A stretch of DNA of 64,000 bases from Geopsychrobacteraceae bacterium (GCA_963676795.2 CAXXTB010000001.1:512001-576000), one strand, 5' to 3'; counted from the stretch's first letter, positions 33,307-43,944 are shown. Notes: a model not told the origin generated them from the sequence alone. Numbers and translations: made by a program.

Positions 33307-33542
33307 GTTTTGATCTCCTTTGAATAAAACAGTCTCAGATACCCCTTGTTCGGCTGCCGGGTGGCAGGTAGAGCGTCACAATCTAGCATTTTTTTCTACG
33401 GCAGGAGCCAGAAAAAATGTTGTGGCCGTCTTTTTGACCGGCTTACCGCTAAAAAAAACGCAGCTTTGCGTCAAGGAGCTGTCCGGGCTATGCGCCCGCG
33501 TTTGAGCCGGAATTATTGGAGTTCAGGTGGATGAAGCACATC

Positions 33543-35369
33543 TCAGGCCATAGCGCAGACCTGGTTCCGGCCAGACTCTTTCGCCTGGTAGAGCGCTCTG
33601 TCCGCTGTGGCAAAGAGCTGTTCAAAGGAGAGCGCCGCCTGTTGCGGGCTGCAGACACCGAAAGAGCAGGTGACAGAATTGACGGCGCTGAAACGATGCC
33701 CTTCAACGGCCTGTCTGAGCTTCTCGGCCAGGGCTGAAGCGGTGGCTGGGACGGTGGTGTCGAGGACCATAATGAATTCCTCTCCCCCCCAACGGCCGAA
33801 CAGATCGTTGCTGCGAATGTTGCTTTTGATCAGCAGCGCGAGTTCCTGCAGGACCTTGTCTCCGGTCGGGTGGCCGTAACGGTCATTGATCTGTTTGAAA
33901 TGGTCGATATCGATGACCACCAGCGAAAAGCTTTCCGCCAGGGTTATCTTGCGGTTGATATCTTCCATCAGGCCGCGCCGGTTGAGAATCTTGGTCAGCG
34001 GGTCGATATGGGCCTGGGTTTTCAGGGTGCGGTTGGACAGTACCAGTTCGACCTGCCGTTCGTGCAGGACACCGAGCAGATAATTGAAAAAACGGGCGAC
34101 AATTCCGACTTCGGTGCCGCGTTCTTCATAGATTTTATTCCCCAGCTGGCCGGAGCGCATGATGCGGATGATGCTCTCGATGGTTTCAACCCAGGGCAGT
34201 CTGGCATTATGTTCGGTGACATTCAGGCCGAGAACCTCATGCTTCCTGAGCACGCGCAGAGCGTTACAGACCCGTAACGCGAAGAAAAACACCAGGCCCA
34301 GAGAAAAAGCCAGGACAAAGGCGGCCGCGACTCCGGTAAACTGGACCAGGATAAATTCCAGTCGGCTCAGGCCGGAGGATGGTTCGCCGAAGAAGCCGAC
34401 AGCCATGGTGCCCCAGACGCCGACGCAGCCGTGTACGGCGACCACGCTGAGCGGATCATCGATTTCGAAGTGCTGGAGAAGATGATCGCTGGCAAACATG
34501 ATCATGGCGGAAAACAGTCCGACAATGGCGGCGATCCCGACCGTGAATTGGGCGCAGCCGGCCGTGATGCCGACCAGGCCGGCAACAATGCCGAAACTGA
34601 AGGCTTCGACACTGACCTTACCGTAGATGAGCAGGCAGATCAGGTAGGCGCTGATTCCTCCGGCCGCGCCAGAAATAAGGGTGTTGATCAATATCGATGA
34701 GACCTCGGGCCCGAAGGACAACAGGCTGCCGGCGTTGAAGCCGAACCAGGCGAACCAGAGAATCAGAGCACCGAAAACAATGGTGTTGTGATTGCTCGGC
34801 GAGAAATGACGCTGTTTGCCCTGTTTGAAGCGGCCGAGGCGGGGACCAAGGACAATAGCTCCGGCCAGGCCGATCCAGGCACCGATCGAATGAACCACCG
34901 TCGATCCGGCAAAATCGACAAACCCCATCGCTTTGAGCCAGCCGCCGTCGCCCCAGGCCCAGTGACCGAAGATCGGGTAGATGACCGCCGTGACGACAAT
35001 GGCCGTCAGGACGTAGCTGTTGAACTTCATCCGTTCGGCTACCGCCCCGGAAACAATGGTCGCTGCCGTGGTGGCGAACATCGCCTGGAAGAAGAAAAAG
35101 CTGCCGACGGAGTGGTCTTTGCCGTCGATCATGAACAGATCCGAGCCGAACAGCCCGCTCTGGTCGGCACCGAACATCAGGCCGAAGCCGATCAGCCAGT
35201 AGAAGAAGAAACCGAAGGTCGAGTCAGCCAGGTTTTTCATGGCGACATTGATGGTATTCTTGGATTGCGCGCAGCCTGTTTCGAGCATGGCGAAGCCGAG
35301 CTGCATCATAAAGACCAGAAAGGCACAGATGATGACCCAGTGGTAATCCAGGGCTGAGTGTGAACCCAT
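33543..35369 (-). CDS. Ammonium transporter (Amt)-GGDEF fusion: ammonium-sensing diguanylate cyclase
   Basis: DFAGSTVVH, WFGFNAGS, DDPLSVVAVHG (twin His); C-terminal DPLT, DIDHFK, RSND-x5-GGEEF. Confidence 0.92.
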   Translation of the reverse strand: MGSHSALDYHWVIICAFLVFMMQLGFAMLETGCAQSKNTINVAMKNLADSTFGFFFYWLIGFGLMFGADQSGLFGSDLFMIDGKDHSVGSFFFFQAMFATTAATIVSGAVAERMKFNSYVLTAIVVTAVIYPIFGHWAWGDGGWLKAMGFVDFAGSTVVHSIGAWIGLAGAIVLGPRLGRFKQGKQRHFSPSNHNTIVFGALILWFAWFGFNAGSLLSFGPEVSSILINTLISGAAGGISAYLICLLIYGKVSVEAFSFGIVAGLVGITAGCAQFTVGIAAIVGLFSAMIMFASDHLLQHFEIDDPLSVVAVHGCVGVWGTMAVGFFGEPSSGLSRLEFILVQFTGVAAAFVLAFSLGLVFFFALRVCNALRVLRKHEVLGLNVTEHNARLPWVETIESIIRIMRSGQLGNKIYEERGTEVGIVARFFNYLLGVLHERQVELVLSNRTLKTQAHIDPLTKILNRRGLMEDINRKITLAESFSLVVIDIDHFKQINDRYGHPTGDKVLQELALLIKSNIRSNDLFGRWGGEEFIMVLDTTVPATASALAEKLRQAVEGHRFSAVNSVTCSFGVCSPQQAALSFEQLFATADRALYQAKESGRNQVCAMA

Positions 35370-35396
35370 AGGGAGCTCCTAGCGTACGTTATGTAC

Positions 35397-35475
35397 AAAA
35401 AAAGCCCTTCAACCATCGCTGTCCGATTGGTTCAAGGGCTCCATTGCCGTATTTGGTGCCGCCGCCTGGCGGTAT
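35397..35475 (-). promoter_or_regulatory. ANTAR-type antitermination leader (dual hairpin overlapping an intrinsic terminator)
   Basis: Minus strand: ccgc-caggcg-gcgg, then ggc-aatgga-gcc overlapping terminator agcccttgaacca...tggttgaagggc-ttttttt, ending about 27 nt before the amt ATG. Confidence 0.7.
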
Positions 35476-35856
35476 TTCTGTAGATTTTACCGGTTCAAGG
35501 ATAGAGTGCCAGATTGGTTCTGTCAAATAAAATATCAAAAGGGCGCCAGCTAAAATCTGTTGTTTTTTAATGAGTTAGTGGCTAGGCTCCGAGTTGAACA
35601 GGGGATTGTCTATCATCGGGAAGATCATTTGGAAAAAGTGGGATGCCAGTGATCTGCATCGGTTGCGGAGAACTGGAGGAGACAATCAGGAATAGCTCAG
35701 CTTTATTCAAGTCGCCGGCGAACCCTCGCGCTGTCAATTCCACACTCATCTGTTACAATTTACCTGACAAAGCAGCAAGTTCGCCCTGATTCATGCGTAA
35801 TTCTCTTCTGTTATGCTTTACCGGCGGATCGCCGGTCACTCCGCAAGGAGGCCAGT

Positions 35857-36993
35857 ATGTCCAGAAAAATCTCAGTATCGATCGCGATCCTGCTGGTGCT
35901 TCTGATTGTCGCCGGCGGACTGATCTGGCTGCGTAACAGCCGTCAGCCGGTCGTCATCGGCTTTGTCGCCGGAGTGACCGGAAAATACGCCGATCTTGGT
36001 GTCGATTGCCGACGTGGTGTCGAGCTGGCGATCGCCAGGCAGAACCGCCGGGGGGGGATCTCAGGTCGTCCGCTGGAGCTGCTCAGCGAGGACGACGGCC
36101 AGGACGAAGAACGGGCCGTTGCGGCGGTCAAAACGCTGCTGAAGCACAATCTGCCGGTCATCATCGGTCATTCGACCAGCAGTATGAGCATGGCGACCCT
36201 GCCGTTGATCAATGCCAGTCAGACCCTGCTGTTCAGCCCCACCTCGTCAAGCGCCCGCCTGCAGGATATCGATGACAATTTTTTCAGAACCTGTACCGTT
36301 TCAGGGGTCTCCGCGGCAATGATGGCCCGCTACCTGGTGATCCGGAAGGGGGTCAGCAACGCCGGGGTGATCTATGATCTCGGCAATGAGGTCTATACCC
36401 AGGCCTGGTTCGATGCCTTTGAGAGCTCTTTCCTGAGAGAAGGGGGCGAGTCGGTCGTGCCTCTGGCCTTTACTTCCGGTGAGACCAGTCATCTGTTTCC
36501 CTTCATTGAGAAGATTCGCGATCCGCAGTTCGATGTCCTGGTGATCGTCACTAATTCCGCCGATGCCGCGATGCTCTGTCAGCAGATCCGCAAGAGTGAC
36601 TGGCAGGTGCCGCTGGCCATGGCCGACTGGGCGGCGACAGAGCAGCTGATCAGCCTCGGCGGACGGGCTGTCGAGGGGGTGATCATTCAACAGATCTTCA
36701 ATCGCGAGAGCCAGGAGCCTGCCTACCTGAGCTTCAAAGAGGAATTCCAGCGACTCTACAAGGTGGAGCCCGGCTTCGGGGCGTTGCATGCCTACGATGC
36801 AGCTACGGTTATCTTTACCTCAATGCAGCAACAGCAGAATGGTGAGTCACTCAAACAGGCCATCCTGCGCGTCGGGCAGTTCCAGGGGTTGCAGTATCCG
36901 GTCGAGATCAATCGCTTCGGGGATGCAGTCCACGCCACCTACATAGGGGTTGTGCGTGACGGAGGTTTTGAAATTCTCGGAGATTTCCGGTGA
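35857..36993 (+). CDS. Membrane-anchored periplasmic binding protein, LivK/type 1 family
   Basis: N-terminal TM; RGVELAI...GGISGRPLELL, DDNFFR, HAYDA. Confidence 0.85.
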   Translation: MSRKISVSIAILLVLLIVAGGLIWLRNSRQPVVIGFVAGVTGKYADLGVDCRRGVELAIARQNRRGGISGRPLELLSEDDGQDEERAVAAVKTLLKHNLPVIIGHSTSSMSMATLPLINASQTLLFSPTSSSARLQDIDDNFFRTCTVSGVSAAMMARYLVIRKGVSNAGVIYDLGNEVYTQAWFDAFESSFLREGGESVVPLAFTSGETSHLFPFIEKIRDPQFDVLVIVTNSADAAMLCQQIRKSDWQVPLAMADWAATEQLISLGGRAVEGVIIQQIFNRESQEPAYLSFKEEFQRLYKVEPGFGALHAYDAATVIFTSMQQQQNGESLKQAILRVGQFQGLQYPVEINRFGDAVHATYIGVVRDGGFEILGDFR

Positions 36994-39617
36994 AGAGTCG
37001 TTCAACCCTGCGTCAATCGCTGATTTCTTCCTATTCCCTGGTCAGCCTGATCCCCTTGTTGCTGATGGCGCTGTTTATCCTGCTGTTCATCGTCAGGGAG
37101 AAGAATGTCGATTTCACGGCGCGGATCGACCTGCTCTCTCAGGGGGTGCGCGGCCAGATCCAGCTGTTCATGAATCAGCCGCTGGCGACACTCAACACCA
37201 TTGCCGCCATGCTCGCCGATTCCGAGGTCAACGACAGTCACAAGATCGAGCGCATTCTGAACCTCAACGTGCGCAGTTCTCCCTATTTCGAACGGATCTA
37301 TCTGATCGATCCTTCCGGACGGGTTGTCGATGTCGGTCTGCGCCAAAACCGCGAGAATGACCGCCAGGATCTGCTCGGCATCGATCTCTTCCATCTGCCG
37401 GAATTTCAGCGGATCAGCGCCAGCGGCGAGCTGCTCTGGTCGGATACCTTTTTGTCGCTGGCCAGCGGAGAACTGAGCGTCATGCTCTATATCCCGGCGG
37501 GGGAGAACGTGCTGGCGGCGGAGATCGGCCTGACCAAGCTGGCACAGTTTATCGAGAAACTCAGCAGTGCGACCGTGCAGACCATGATCATCGACCGTAA
37601 CGGAGCGATCCTGTTCCATCCCGATGCCGGCCAGCGCGGCAAGGGGCTGATGGCCAACGATATCGAGCTGGTCGCAGCGGCTCTCCAAGGGAGCGAAGGG
37701 ACCGGGCTGTTCCGTTGCCAGGGTGAAACCTTTTTCGGCGCAACCAGCATTATCGAACCGATCGGCTGGGTCGCGCTGATCGCCCAGCCGGTCGACAGCT
37801 TTATTGCAACCCTGACCATACCCCTGCTGATCATCTGCAGCGGTATCGGCGTGGCAATGATTCTGTCGCTGTTGCTGGCGATCAACCGTTCGCGCAAGCT
37901 GGCCAATCCACTGATCGAAATGACCCGTCAGAGCGATGTCATCGCCAGGGGGGATTACCGCCATCTGTTGCCTCCCGGTGAATACCAGGAGCTGACCCAG
38001 CTGGCCGTCAGTATCAATGACATGGCGACCGCGATCCAGCAGCGTGAGGAAGCGCTGCGTGACAATGAACTGAAATACCGTGAACTGGTCGAGAATACCA
38101 ATAATCTGGTCCTGTGCCTCGACCAGGAGCTGAGGATTAGCTACGCCAATCACAGTCTTGCCCGGCTGAGCGGGATTGACGAGGGGCAGGCCATCGGTAC
38201 ACATTTTTCCGACTGCATCCTCGCCGCCGACTGGCCGGAGGTCGAGACAACGCTCCGGGCCTGGTGCTCCTGCCAGGATGCCAGTGGCAGCCTGGAGTGC
38301 CGCAGCCAGGATGGCAATGGAGAGACTCATTACCTGCTGCTCGCCTTCAACCTCCATTATGCACGGGGGACGCTGAGCGATATCAGCATCATCGGTCATG
38401 ATGTGACCATTCGCCACCAGATCGAAAACCAGCGCAAAGAGCTGGAAGAGAAGCAGCAGCGTTCGCAGAAGATGGAACTGCTCGGCCTGATGGCTGGTGG
38501 GGTGGCCCATGACCTGAACAATATTTTGGCCGGAATCATCAACCTGCCTGAGATCATGCTGCTGACCCTGGATAAGAATGATGAACTGCACCACTCGCTG
38601 CAATCGATCAAGCAGTCCGGCGAACGTGCCGCTGCGGTTGTCGCCGATCTGCTGACCATTGCCCGGGGTTCTGTCGCCGCCAGGGAGCCGCTTGCGCTCA
38701 ATCAGCTGATCGAGGACTACCTGGCAACGCCGGAATTCAAGCGTCTGTGCGAGCTGCATCCGGACGTCGCCTTCCGTTTCAGTCCGGCGGACCAGCTCCG
38801 CAGCTGTGTCTGCTCGCGGACCCATATTGAGAAGGCACTGATGAACCTGGTCATCAACGCCTTTGAGGCGATTCATGGCGAGGGGCTGGTCGAGGTGGCG
38901 ACCGCCAGTCTGAGCGCCGACGAGATCGCGGTGCTCACCGCTGAACTGACACCGGGCGATTATGTTTCCATCGTTGTGCGCGACAGTGGCAGCGGGATCT
39001 CCGCTGAAGATCTGCAACGGATCTTTGAGCCGTTCTTTTCGAAAAAGGGGCTCGGCCGCAGTGGTACGGGGATCGGCCTTTCCGTGGTCTGGAACAGTAT
39101 CCGCGAGCATGGCGGTACGGTCCTGGTTGACAGCAGCCCGGCCGGTACCCAGTTCCGCATCCTGTTGCCGGTCTCCGGCGCAGCAGCGGAATTACCTGCC
39201 CAGCCGGATGAAGGGCAGGATCTGCAGGGGCAGGGGGAACGCGTTCTGGTGGTTGATGATGAGGATATCCTGCGCGAGATCGCGGTGAATATGCTGCGCA
39301 TCCTCGGTTACCGGGCAACGGCGGTCAACTGTGGGGAGAAAGCGCTTGAGTATCTGGAGCAGAACGAGGTTGAGCTGGTGATCCTTGATATGCAGATGGA
39401 TCCCGGCATGAACGGGCAGCAGACCTATTCGCTGATCCACCAGCGCAATCCGCGCCAGAAGGCCCTGATCGCCACAGGCTTCTCATCCAGTAAAGCGGTC
39501 GGCAGGACCATTGAAGAAGGGGCCGCCGGCTTTATTCAGAAACCCTACAGCCTGCAAGGTTTCGGCCGGGCGGTCCGTGCCGCTCTGCAGCAGGATGATC
39601 AGTCCGCTAGCAGCTGA
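36990..39617 (+). CDS. Hybrid sensor histidine kinase (Cache-HAMP-PAS-HK-REC)
   Basis: GGVAHDLNN H-box; DSGSG, FEPFFSKK, GTGIGL; receiver LVVDDE...LDMQM...KPY. Confidence 0.92.
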   Translation: MKSRSTLRQSLISSYSLVSLIPLLLMALFILLFIVREKNVDFTARIDLLSQGVRGQIQLFMNQPLATLNTIAAMLADSEVNDSHKIERILNLNVRSSPYFERIYLIDPSGRVVDVGLRQNRENDRQDLLGIDLFHLPEFQRISASGELLWSDTFLSLASGELSVMLYIPAGENVLAAEIGLTKLAQFIEKLSSATVQTMIIDRNGAILFHPDAGQRGKGLMANDIELVAAALQGSEGTGLFRCQGETFFGATSIIEPIGWVALIAQPVDSFIATLTIPLLIICSGIGVAMILSLLLAINRSRKLANPLIEMTRQSDVIARGDYRHLLPPGEYQELTQLAVSINDMATAIQQREEALRDNELKYRELVENTNNLVLCLDQELRISYANHSLARLSGIDEGQAIGTHFSDCILAADWPEVETTLRAWCSCQDASGSLECRSQDGNGETHYLLLAFNLHYARGTLSDISIIGHDVTIRHQIENQRKELEEKQQRSQKMELLGLMAGGVAHDLNNILAGIINLPEIMLLTLDKNDELHHSLQSIKQSGERAAAVVADLLTIARGSVAAREPLALNQLIEDYLATPEFKRLCELHPDVAFRFSPADQLRSCVCSRTHIEKALMNLVINAFEAIHGEGLVEVATASLSADEIAVLTAELTPGDYVSIVVRDSGSGISAEDLQRIFEPFFSKKGLGRSGTGIGLSVVWNSIREHGGTVLVDSSPAGTQFRILLPVSGAAAELPAQPDEGQDLQGQGERVLVVDDEDILREIAVNMLRILGYRATAVNCGEKALEYLEQNEVELVILDMQMDPGMNGQQTYSLIHQRNPRQKALIATGFSSSKAVGRTIEEGAAGFIQKPYSLQGFGRAVRAALQQDDQSASS

Positions 39618-40507
39618 CAGTTGCTGGTGAAGAGCAGCTGCTTCTGACTGATCGGATCGACAAAGGCCAGGCGGCGGGCGATTAGCTGCAGCGGGCTGGT
39701 GAAATCATCCAGCCGCTCATCGATGACCTGCGGATAGAAAAAATCGTTGACGATCGGCGCGCCGAGAGCCGCCATGTGCAGGCGCAGCTGATGCTTTTTG
39801 CCGGTGATCGGGGTCAGGGCGTAGTGCCAGTACTTCTCACCCGTGCCGATAACCTCGATCAGTGTCTCGGCATTGATCTCTCCGCCAACCTGCTGCGACA
39901 GGAAGAACGGCTCGCCACGGACGATGCGCGAGCTGTAGCGGTAGGGAAACACCAGCTCGGGCAGCGGCGGGGCCAGCGCCTCGTAGCTTTTGTCGATGCT
40001 CTGCTCGCGGAACAGCGCCTGGTAGAGTCCGCGGGTCTCTTTTCTGGTGGAAAACAGCACCAGCCCCGCGGTATGGCGGTCGAGCCGGTGGAGCGGCTGC
40101 AGATCGCGATTGCCGGTCCGGGTGATCAGGCGGGCCAGCAAGGTCTGAGTGACGTATCCACCGGTCGGGATAACGGGCAGAAAATGGGGTTTGTCGGCGA
40201 CCAGCAGGTTGTCGTCCTGGTAGAGGATCTCTTCCACGACCGGAATGCTCTGCTCGGCCTTGTTCTCCCGGTAATAGAGAATCTTCATCCCCGCTTTTGG
40301 CTGAAGAGCGGCTGTCAGCGGCTGCTGTTGTGCATCCTGAACCAGGCCGCGTGCAAAGCGATCCAGCCAGCCGTCGTGGCCGACCCGCGGGAAGCGTTCT
40401 GCGAGGCAGTCGAGCAGGCTGGGCCACTGCCCGGAGGGAATGATGAAGGTGCTGGCGTTGATTCGGACCACTGGGCTCCCGGTCGTTGTGTCTTGCTGTT
40501 CAGTCAT
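39599..40507 (-). CDS. RluA-family pseudouridine synthase
   Basis: DKPHFL, HRLDRHTAG, TGKKHQLRLH. Confidence 0.9.
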   Translation of the reverse strand: MTEQQDTTTGSPVVRINASTFIIPSGQWPSLLDCLAERFPRVGHDGWLDRFARGLVQDAQQQPLTAALQPKAGMKILYYRENKAEQSIPVVEEILYQDDNLLVADKPHFLPVIPTGGYVTQTLLARLITRTGNRDLQPLHRLDRHTAGLVLFSTRKETRGLYQALFREQSIDKSYEALAPPLPELVFPYRYSSRIVRGEPFFLSQQVGGEINAETLIEVIGTGEKYWHYALTPITGKKHQLRLHMAALGAPIVNDFFYPQVIDERLDDFTSPLQLIARRLAFVDPISQKQLLFTSNCQLLAD

Positions 40508-40964
40508 GGACGATGAATTTATTCAGGGTGTCATCCAGCGCCGCCAGTTGGCGGGCGACATCGCTGCGCGGATCGATCAGTTCGAAATCCTCGAATTCGA
40601 AGCCCGGTCCGACACTGCAGCCGACCAGAACCTCGTCACCGAGTGGCGCGGCCGCCTGCCAGACTCCGGCCGGGACAACCTGGCAGTAGCAGTTGCTTGC
40701 CGCTGAAAGCTCATGGCAGACCGGTGGGGCGTCACTGCCATCCCAGGTATAGAGCAGCACCCCTTCCCCCCGGTAGAGGTTCCAGACCTCGTCGGAACTG
40801 ACCCTGTGAAAACGGCTGACCTCCCCCCTGGATAGCGAAAAATAGATGTGGGTCAGCGCCGATTTGCTCCGGCCGTCGGCTGTTGTGACAATCTGTGCAG
40901 ACCTGAAGACTTCGCGGAAGCGTCCCCCTTCCGGGTGTTTCAAGAGATTTATCGGTTTCATCAC
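40500..40964 (-). CDS. Cupin_5 (DUF985) protein
   Basis: HPEGGRFRE, FHRVSSDEVW, GCSVGPGFEFEDF. Confidence 0.9.
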   Translation of the reverse strand: MMKPINLLKHPEGGRFREVFRSAQIVTTADGRSKSALTHIYFSLSRGEVSRFHRVSSDEVWNLYRGEGVLLYTWDGSDAPPVCHELSAASNCYCQVVPAGVWQAAAPLGDEVLVGCSVGPGFEFEDFELIDPRSDVARQLAALDDTLNKFIVHD

Positions 40965-40982
40965 TGTCGCTCTGATCGAAAG

Positions 40983-41831
40983 TTATTTGTTCTGCTCAAC
41001 CAGCGCCGCGAGGATAGCATCAATGTCCGGTGCTGTCGCAGCATTTTTGAATGAGCTCATCTGCTGGTAGATAGCTCCGGCAGCGCGATGAAAATCGGCC
41101 GGCAGACCCGCTGCGGCAAAGGTCGCCGCGATCTCATCCATCTCGCCGACAAAGCGCCAGGCCTTGGGTGCTGTCGCTGCAACACGCGCATGGGTTTGTG
41201 CCGCATAGTCGGAATCGCCCCGAGACCAGTGATTTTCCAGGTCCTGACGCACGCCAAGCTGTTCGGCGACAGCCAAGATGGCGGCCAGCAGGGCTGCGGT
41301 CCCTTTGCTGTTGGCGGCGAAGCACATCTTCAGGGCCGATGCCTTGCCGATCTCAGCGCCGATCACTTCGCAGGCGAGTGGACCGGCGGAAAAACACTCG
41401 GCCAGCGGAGCGGCCCTTTGTCCTGCCAGGTACAGCCAGGTTTTGCCCGGAGTCCAGGCCGGCGGACCGATGATGCCGCCGTCAACCACGGCGATTCCGC
41501 CGCCCGTCAGCAGTCCGGCGATCTCTTTGACATGCTCCGGAGAGATGGCATTGGCGTCGAGGTAGGTTCCTGTGAAGCCTGCTGCGAGCACCTCTTCAGC
41601 GACTGCTTTAGCGGCATGTGGCGGGCAGACACTGACAATGATTGGGCAGCTTGAACAGAGCTGGTCAAGGCTCTGAAGTTCTGTCAGGCCATGCTCCTCG
41701 GCGCGCTTGCGGGTCTCTTCACTTCTGCCGCTGGACACCCAGCAGGCAGCGTGGCCACTCTTTTTAGCCGCTGCCGCCAGCGAAATTCCCATCGCTCCGG
41801 GGTGTAGAAAGCCAATGGCATCTTTGGTCAT
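40983..41831 (-). CDS. NAD(P)-dependent oxidoreductase (6PGDH/3-hydroxyisobutyrate DH-like, DUF1932)
   Basis: HPGAMG, DANAISP, VDGGIIGPP, ASALKMC, KAWRFVGEM. Confidence 0.85.
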   Translation of the reverse strand: MTKDAIGFLHPGAMGISLAAAAKKSGHAACWVSSGRSEETRKRAEEHGLTELQSLDQLCSSCPIIVSVCPPHAAKAVAEEVLAAGFTGTYLDANAISPEHVKEIAGLLTGGGIAVVDGGIIGPPAWTPGKTWLYLAGQRAAPLAECFSAGPLACEVIGAEIGKASALKMCFAANSKGTAALLAAILAVAEQLGVRQDLENHWSRGDSDYAAQTHARVAATAPKAWRFVGEMDEIAATFAAAGLPADFHRAAGAIYQQMSSFKNAATAPDIDAILAALVEQNK

Positions 41832-41860
41832 AAGCCCTCCTTGTCTTGTCGTTTATCTGT

Positions 41861-42577
41861 TCAGTCTACAGGGGATGGGCCGCTGCCGTCCAGTTCCTCA
41901 AGCCAGGCAAGCAGTTCGCTGAGCGCCGTAGAGTGAAGAAGGTAGTCTGCCCGGTTGTTGGCCACCCTGGTCTGCAGTTCGCCGAGAATCTGCTGCACCG
42001 GCCAGTTGTCGATATCCGGAATTTTCTGTGGTCGATCCGAGACATAGCCCCACATGTGCTGAACAGCGTTGATGATGCCGCCGAGAAGGGGACGGCTCTG
42101 AAGTTGTTCAGTCAGCAGTTGCGCCAGCGCGTTGAAGGAATAGCGGTTTTCGGCCAGCTGCGGGCCGATCTGCCGGTAGAGCTGCTGGTTGCGGGCCAGC
42201 AGAGAATACTTGTGCTGACTCCAGAGCTGCTGCGGGTTGTGGGGCGGGGGGATCCGACCGGGAGTTTGCTGGGCGCTTTTCAACAGTTCGAATTGCTGGC
42301 CGATAGCTCTGTAGATCGGGGGCCAGCGCTCAGGGTTTTCGTTGTCCTCGATGGGGGTGCTGTGGCCGCTGCCGCGCAGTTCCATTTCACAGGCCAGCAG
42401 CTTGTGGCGCATCCGCAGCGCCCAGCCAAAGCCAGCCCAGTAGCGGAGCGAATTGTCCTGCCGGGCCGTTTCCCGCTTATGCAGATGTTCGGCAACGCGG
42501 TGGAGTTCCTGGTGCTCGGCGGCGATCAGTTCATCACTGAAGTAGCCGGGATTGATATTCCAGAAGAACATGTCCAT
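41861..42577 (-). CDS. Pyrimidine-dimer-glycosylase-like N-terminus plus DUF1722-like C-terminus
   Basis: FWNINPGY...AEHQELH; QHKYSLLAR; NAVQHMWGY; family recognised from memory. Confidence 0.55.
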   Translation of the reverse strand: MDMFFWNINPGYFSDELIAAEHQELHRVAEHLHKRETARQDNSLRYWAGFGWALRMRHKLLACEMELRGSGHSTPIEDNENPERWPPIYRAIGQQFELLKSAQQTPGRIPPPHNPQQLWSQHKYSLLARNQQLYRQIGPQLAENRYSFNALAQLLTEQLQSRPLLGGIINAVQHMWGYVSDRPQKIPDIDNWPVQQILGELQTRVANNRADYLLHSTALSELLAWLEELDGSGPSPVD

Positions 42578-42582
42578 AGCGG

Positions 42583-43119
42583 TTAAAAACTCGAACCGGG
42601 GTGACTGAGGAATTCCAGCTCTTCCTGACTGGAAGTCCGGCCGAGGATCTCGTTGCGATGAGGATAGCGCCCGAAGCGGTCGATGATCGCTTTGTGGCGC
42701 AGCTCGTAAGTGTAGCTGGCTTCTGCTGCAAACTTTCTAAACAGCTCTTCAGCATGAACGTGAATCGCTTTAGATTCGCTGTGCATATAGGGCATCAGCA
42801 GAAAATTGCGTTCCTGTTCTTCCAGGTTGTCCAGACTGCCGCAGGCCACCGCCTCCTGGGCCAGGATCAGGGCCATGCCGTCCTGGGCAAAAGCTTGCGG
42901 GGTATTGCGGAAGATGTTACGGGAAAACTGGTCAAGGACGATGATTTCGGCCAGGCGACCCTGAGCGGTGATGCGCCAGCTGAACAGTTCACCCCGGGCG
43001 GCCGCTTGTAGCAGTGACAAAAAGCGCCTGCGCAGAACGGCATCAAATTCGCCATCGGCCATGAACCACAGCTTCGCATCGATCTCTTCGAACCAGAACC
43101 TCAGAACCTCTGTCTGCAT
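42583..43119 (-). CDS. DUF924 family protein
   Basis: LDQFSRNIFR, MPYMHSE, RFGRYPHRN. Confidence 0.92.
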   Translation of the reverse strand: MQTEVLRFWFEEIDAKLWFMADGEFDAVLRRRFLSLLQAAARGELFSWRITAQGRLAEIIVLDQFSRNIFRNTPQAFAQDGMALILAQEAVACGSLDNLEEQERNFLLMPYMHSESKAIHVHAEELFRKFAAEASYTYELRHKAIIDRFGRYPHRNEILGRTSSQEELEFLSHPGSSF

Positions 43120-43287
43120 AGGTCTCTCCTGATGGATTTCTCTCTGGTTTCAGCATAGCAGCCTGGCGGTCCAGTGACCAGTCTCTCCCGGGGATAGAGG
43201 TCTTTGGTCACATAATTTCAAGGAGCTGTGCTACATTGGAATATCGTTTGTCGGGGAATATGGAAGAAAAGCACAGAAAGAGTCAGC

Positions 43288-43944
43288 ATGACAGCCAAGA
43301 TGAAACTCTCTCAGATCGACCTGCTCGAACTGTTTTCCGATGAAAACTACGCCGATGTCCTGGCCGGGTTCAAAGAGAAGACTTTCCGCAGAAAAGAACT
43401 GGTCTGCACCCCTTATGACGGCAGCGATTCGATCTTTATCGTCAAGAGTGGCCGGCTGCGGGTTTTTCTTTCCTACGAAGACCGTGAGTTCACCCTGGCC
43501 CTGCTGGAAAAAGGGGACATCTTCAGTACCCACACCCGGGCCTACGCCGAGGCGCTGGATGAATCGCTGATCCTGACCGGACAGACGCAGGCTTTTCACA
43601 GGAAGATCCAGCAGCATCCGCAGATCATGGCGACGGTTGTCAAGGTCCTGGGGGAACTGCTCAAGAACTCGACCGAGATCATCGAGGGGCTGGTCTTCAA
43701 GGATGTGCGTCAGCGACTGTATGATTTTCTCCATCATTGCGCACTTGAGCGCGGGGTCAGGCAGCCTGAGGGGGTGCTGGTTGATCTGGGCCTTACTTCG
43801 GAGGACCTCGCCCTGCTGATCGGCACAACCCGGCAAACCGTATCGACCCTGGTCAATGAATTGATCAAGGAGGGGAAGCTGGAAAAGGTCGGCCGTTTCA
43901 AAGTTCTGATCCGGGATTTCGAGGCGTTCCGTAGTGAAAATTGA
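43288..43944 (+). CDS. cooA: CO-sensing Crp/Fnr transcription factor CooA
   Basis: Matches Carboxydothermus-type CooA as recalled: EFTLALLEKGDIFSTHTRA (heme His), LVFKD, GTTRQTVST recognition helix. Confidence 0.85.
   Translation: MTAKMKLSQIDLLELFSDENYADVLAGFKEKTFRRKELVCTPYDGSDSIFIVKSGRLRVFLSYEDREFTLALLEKGDIFSTHTRAYAEALDESLILTGQTQAFHRKIQQHPQIMATVVKVLGELLKNSTEIIEGLVFKDVRQRLYDFLHHCALERGVRQPEGVLVDLGLTSEDLALLIGTTRQTVSTLVNELIKEGKLEKVGRFKVLIRDFEAFRSEN

Noticed and set aside
35490..35550. Sigma54 promoter upstream of amt-GGDEF (tggcac... and tggcgc... on the minus strand)
   Set aside because: Neither candidate has GC exactly 10 nt after the GG.
37002..39110. 702-aa antisense ORF, and similar long shadows at 22652-23890, 26702-27973, 29830-31212 and 62579-63865
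   Set aside because: They lie opposite well-supported genes in GC-rich DNA and have no recognisable motifs.
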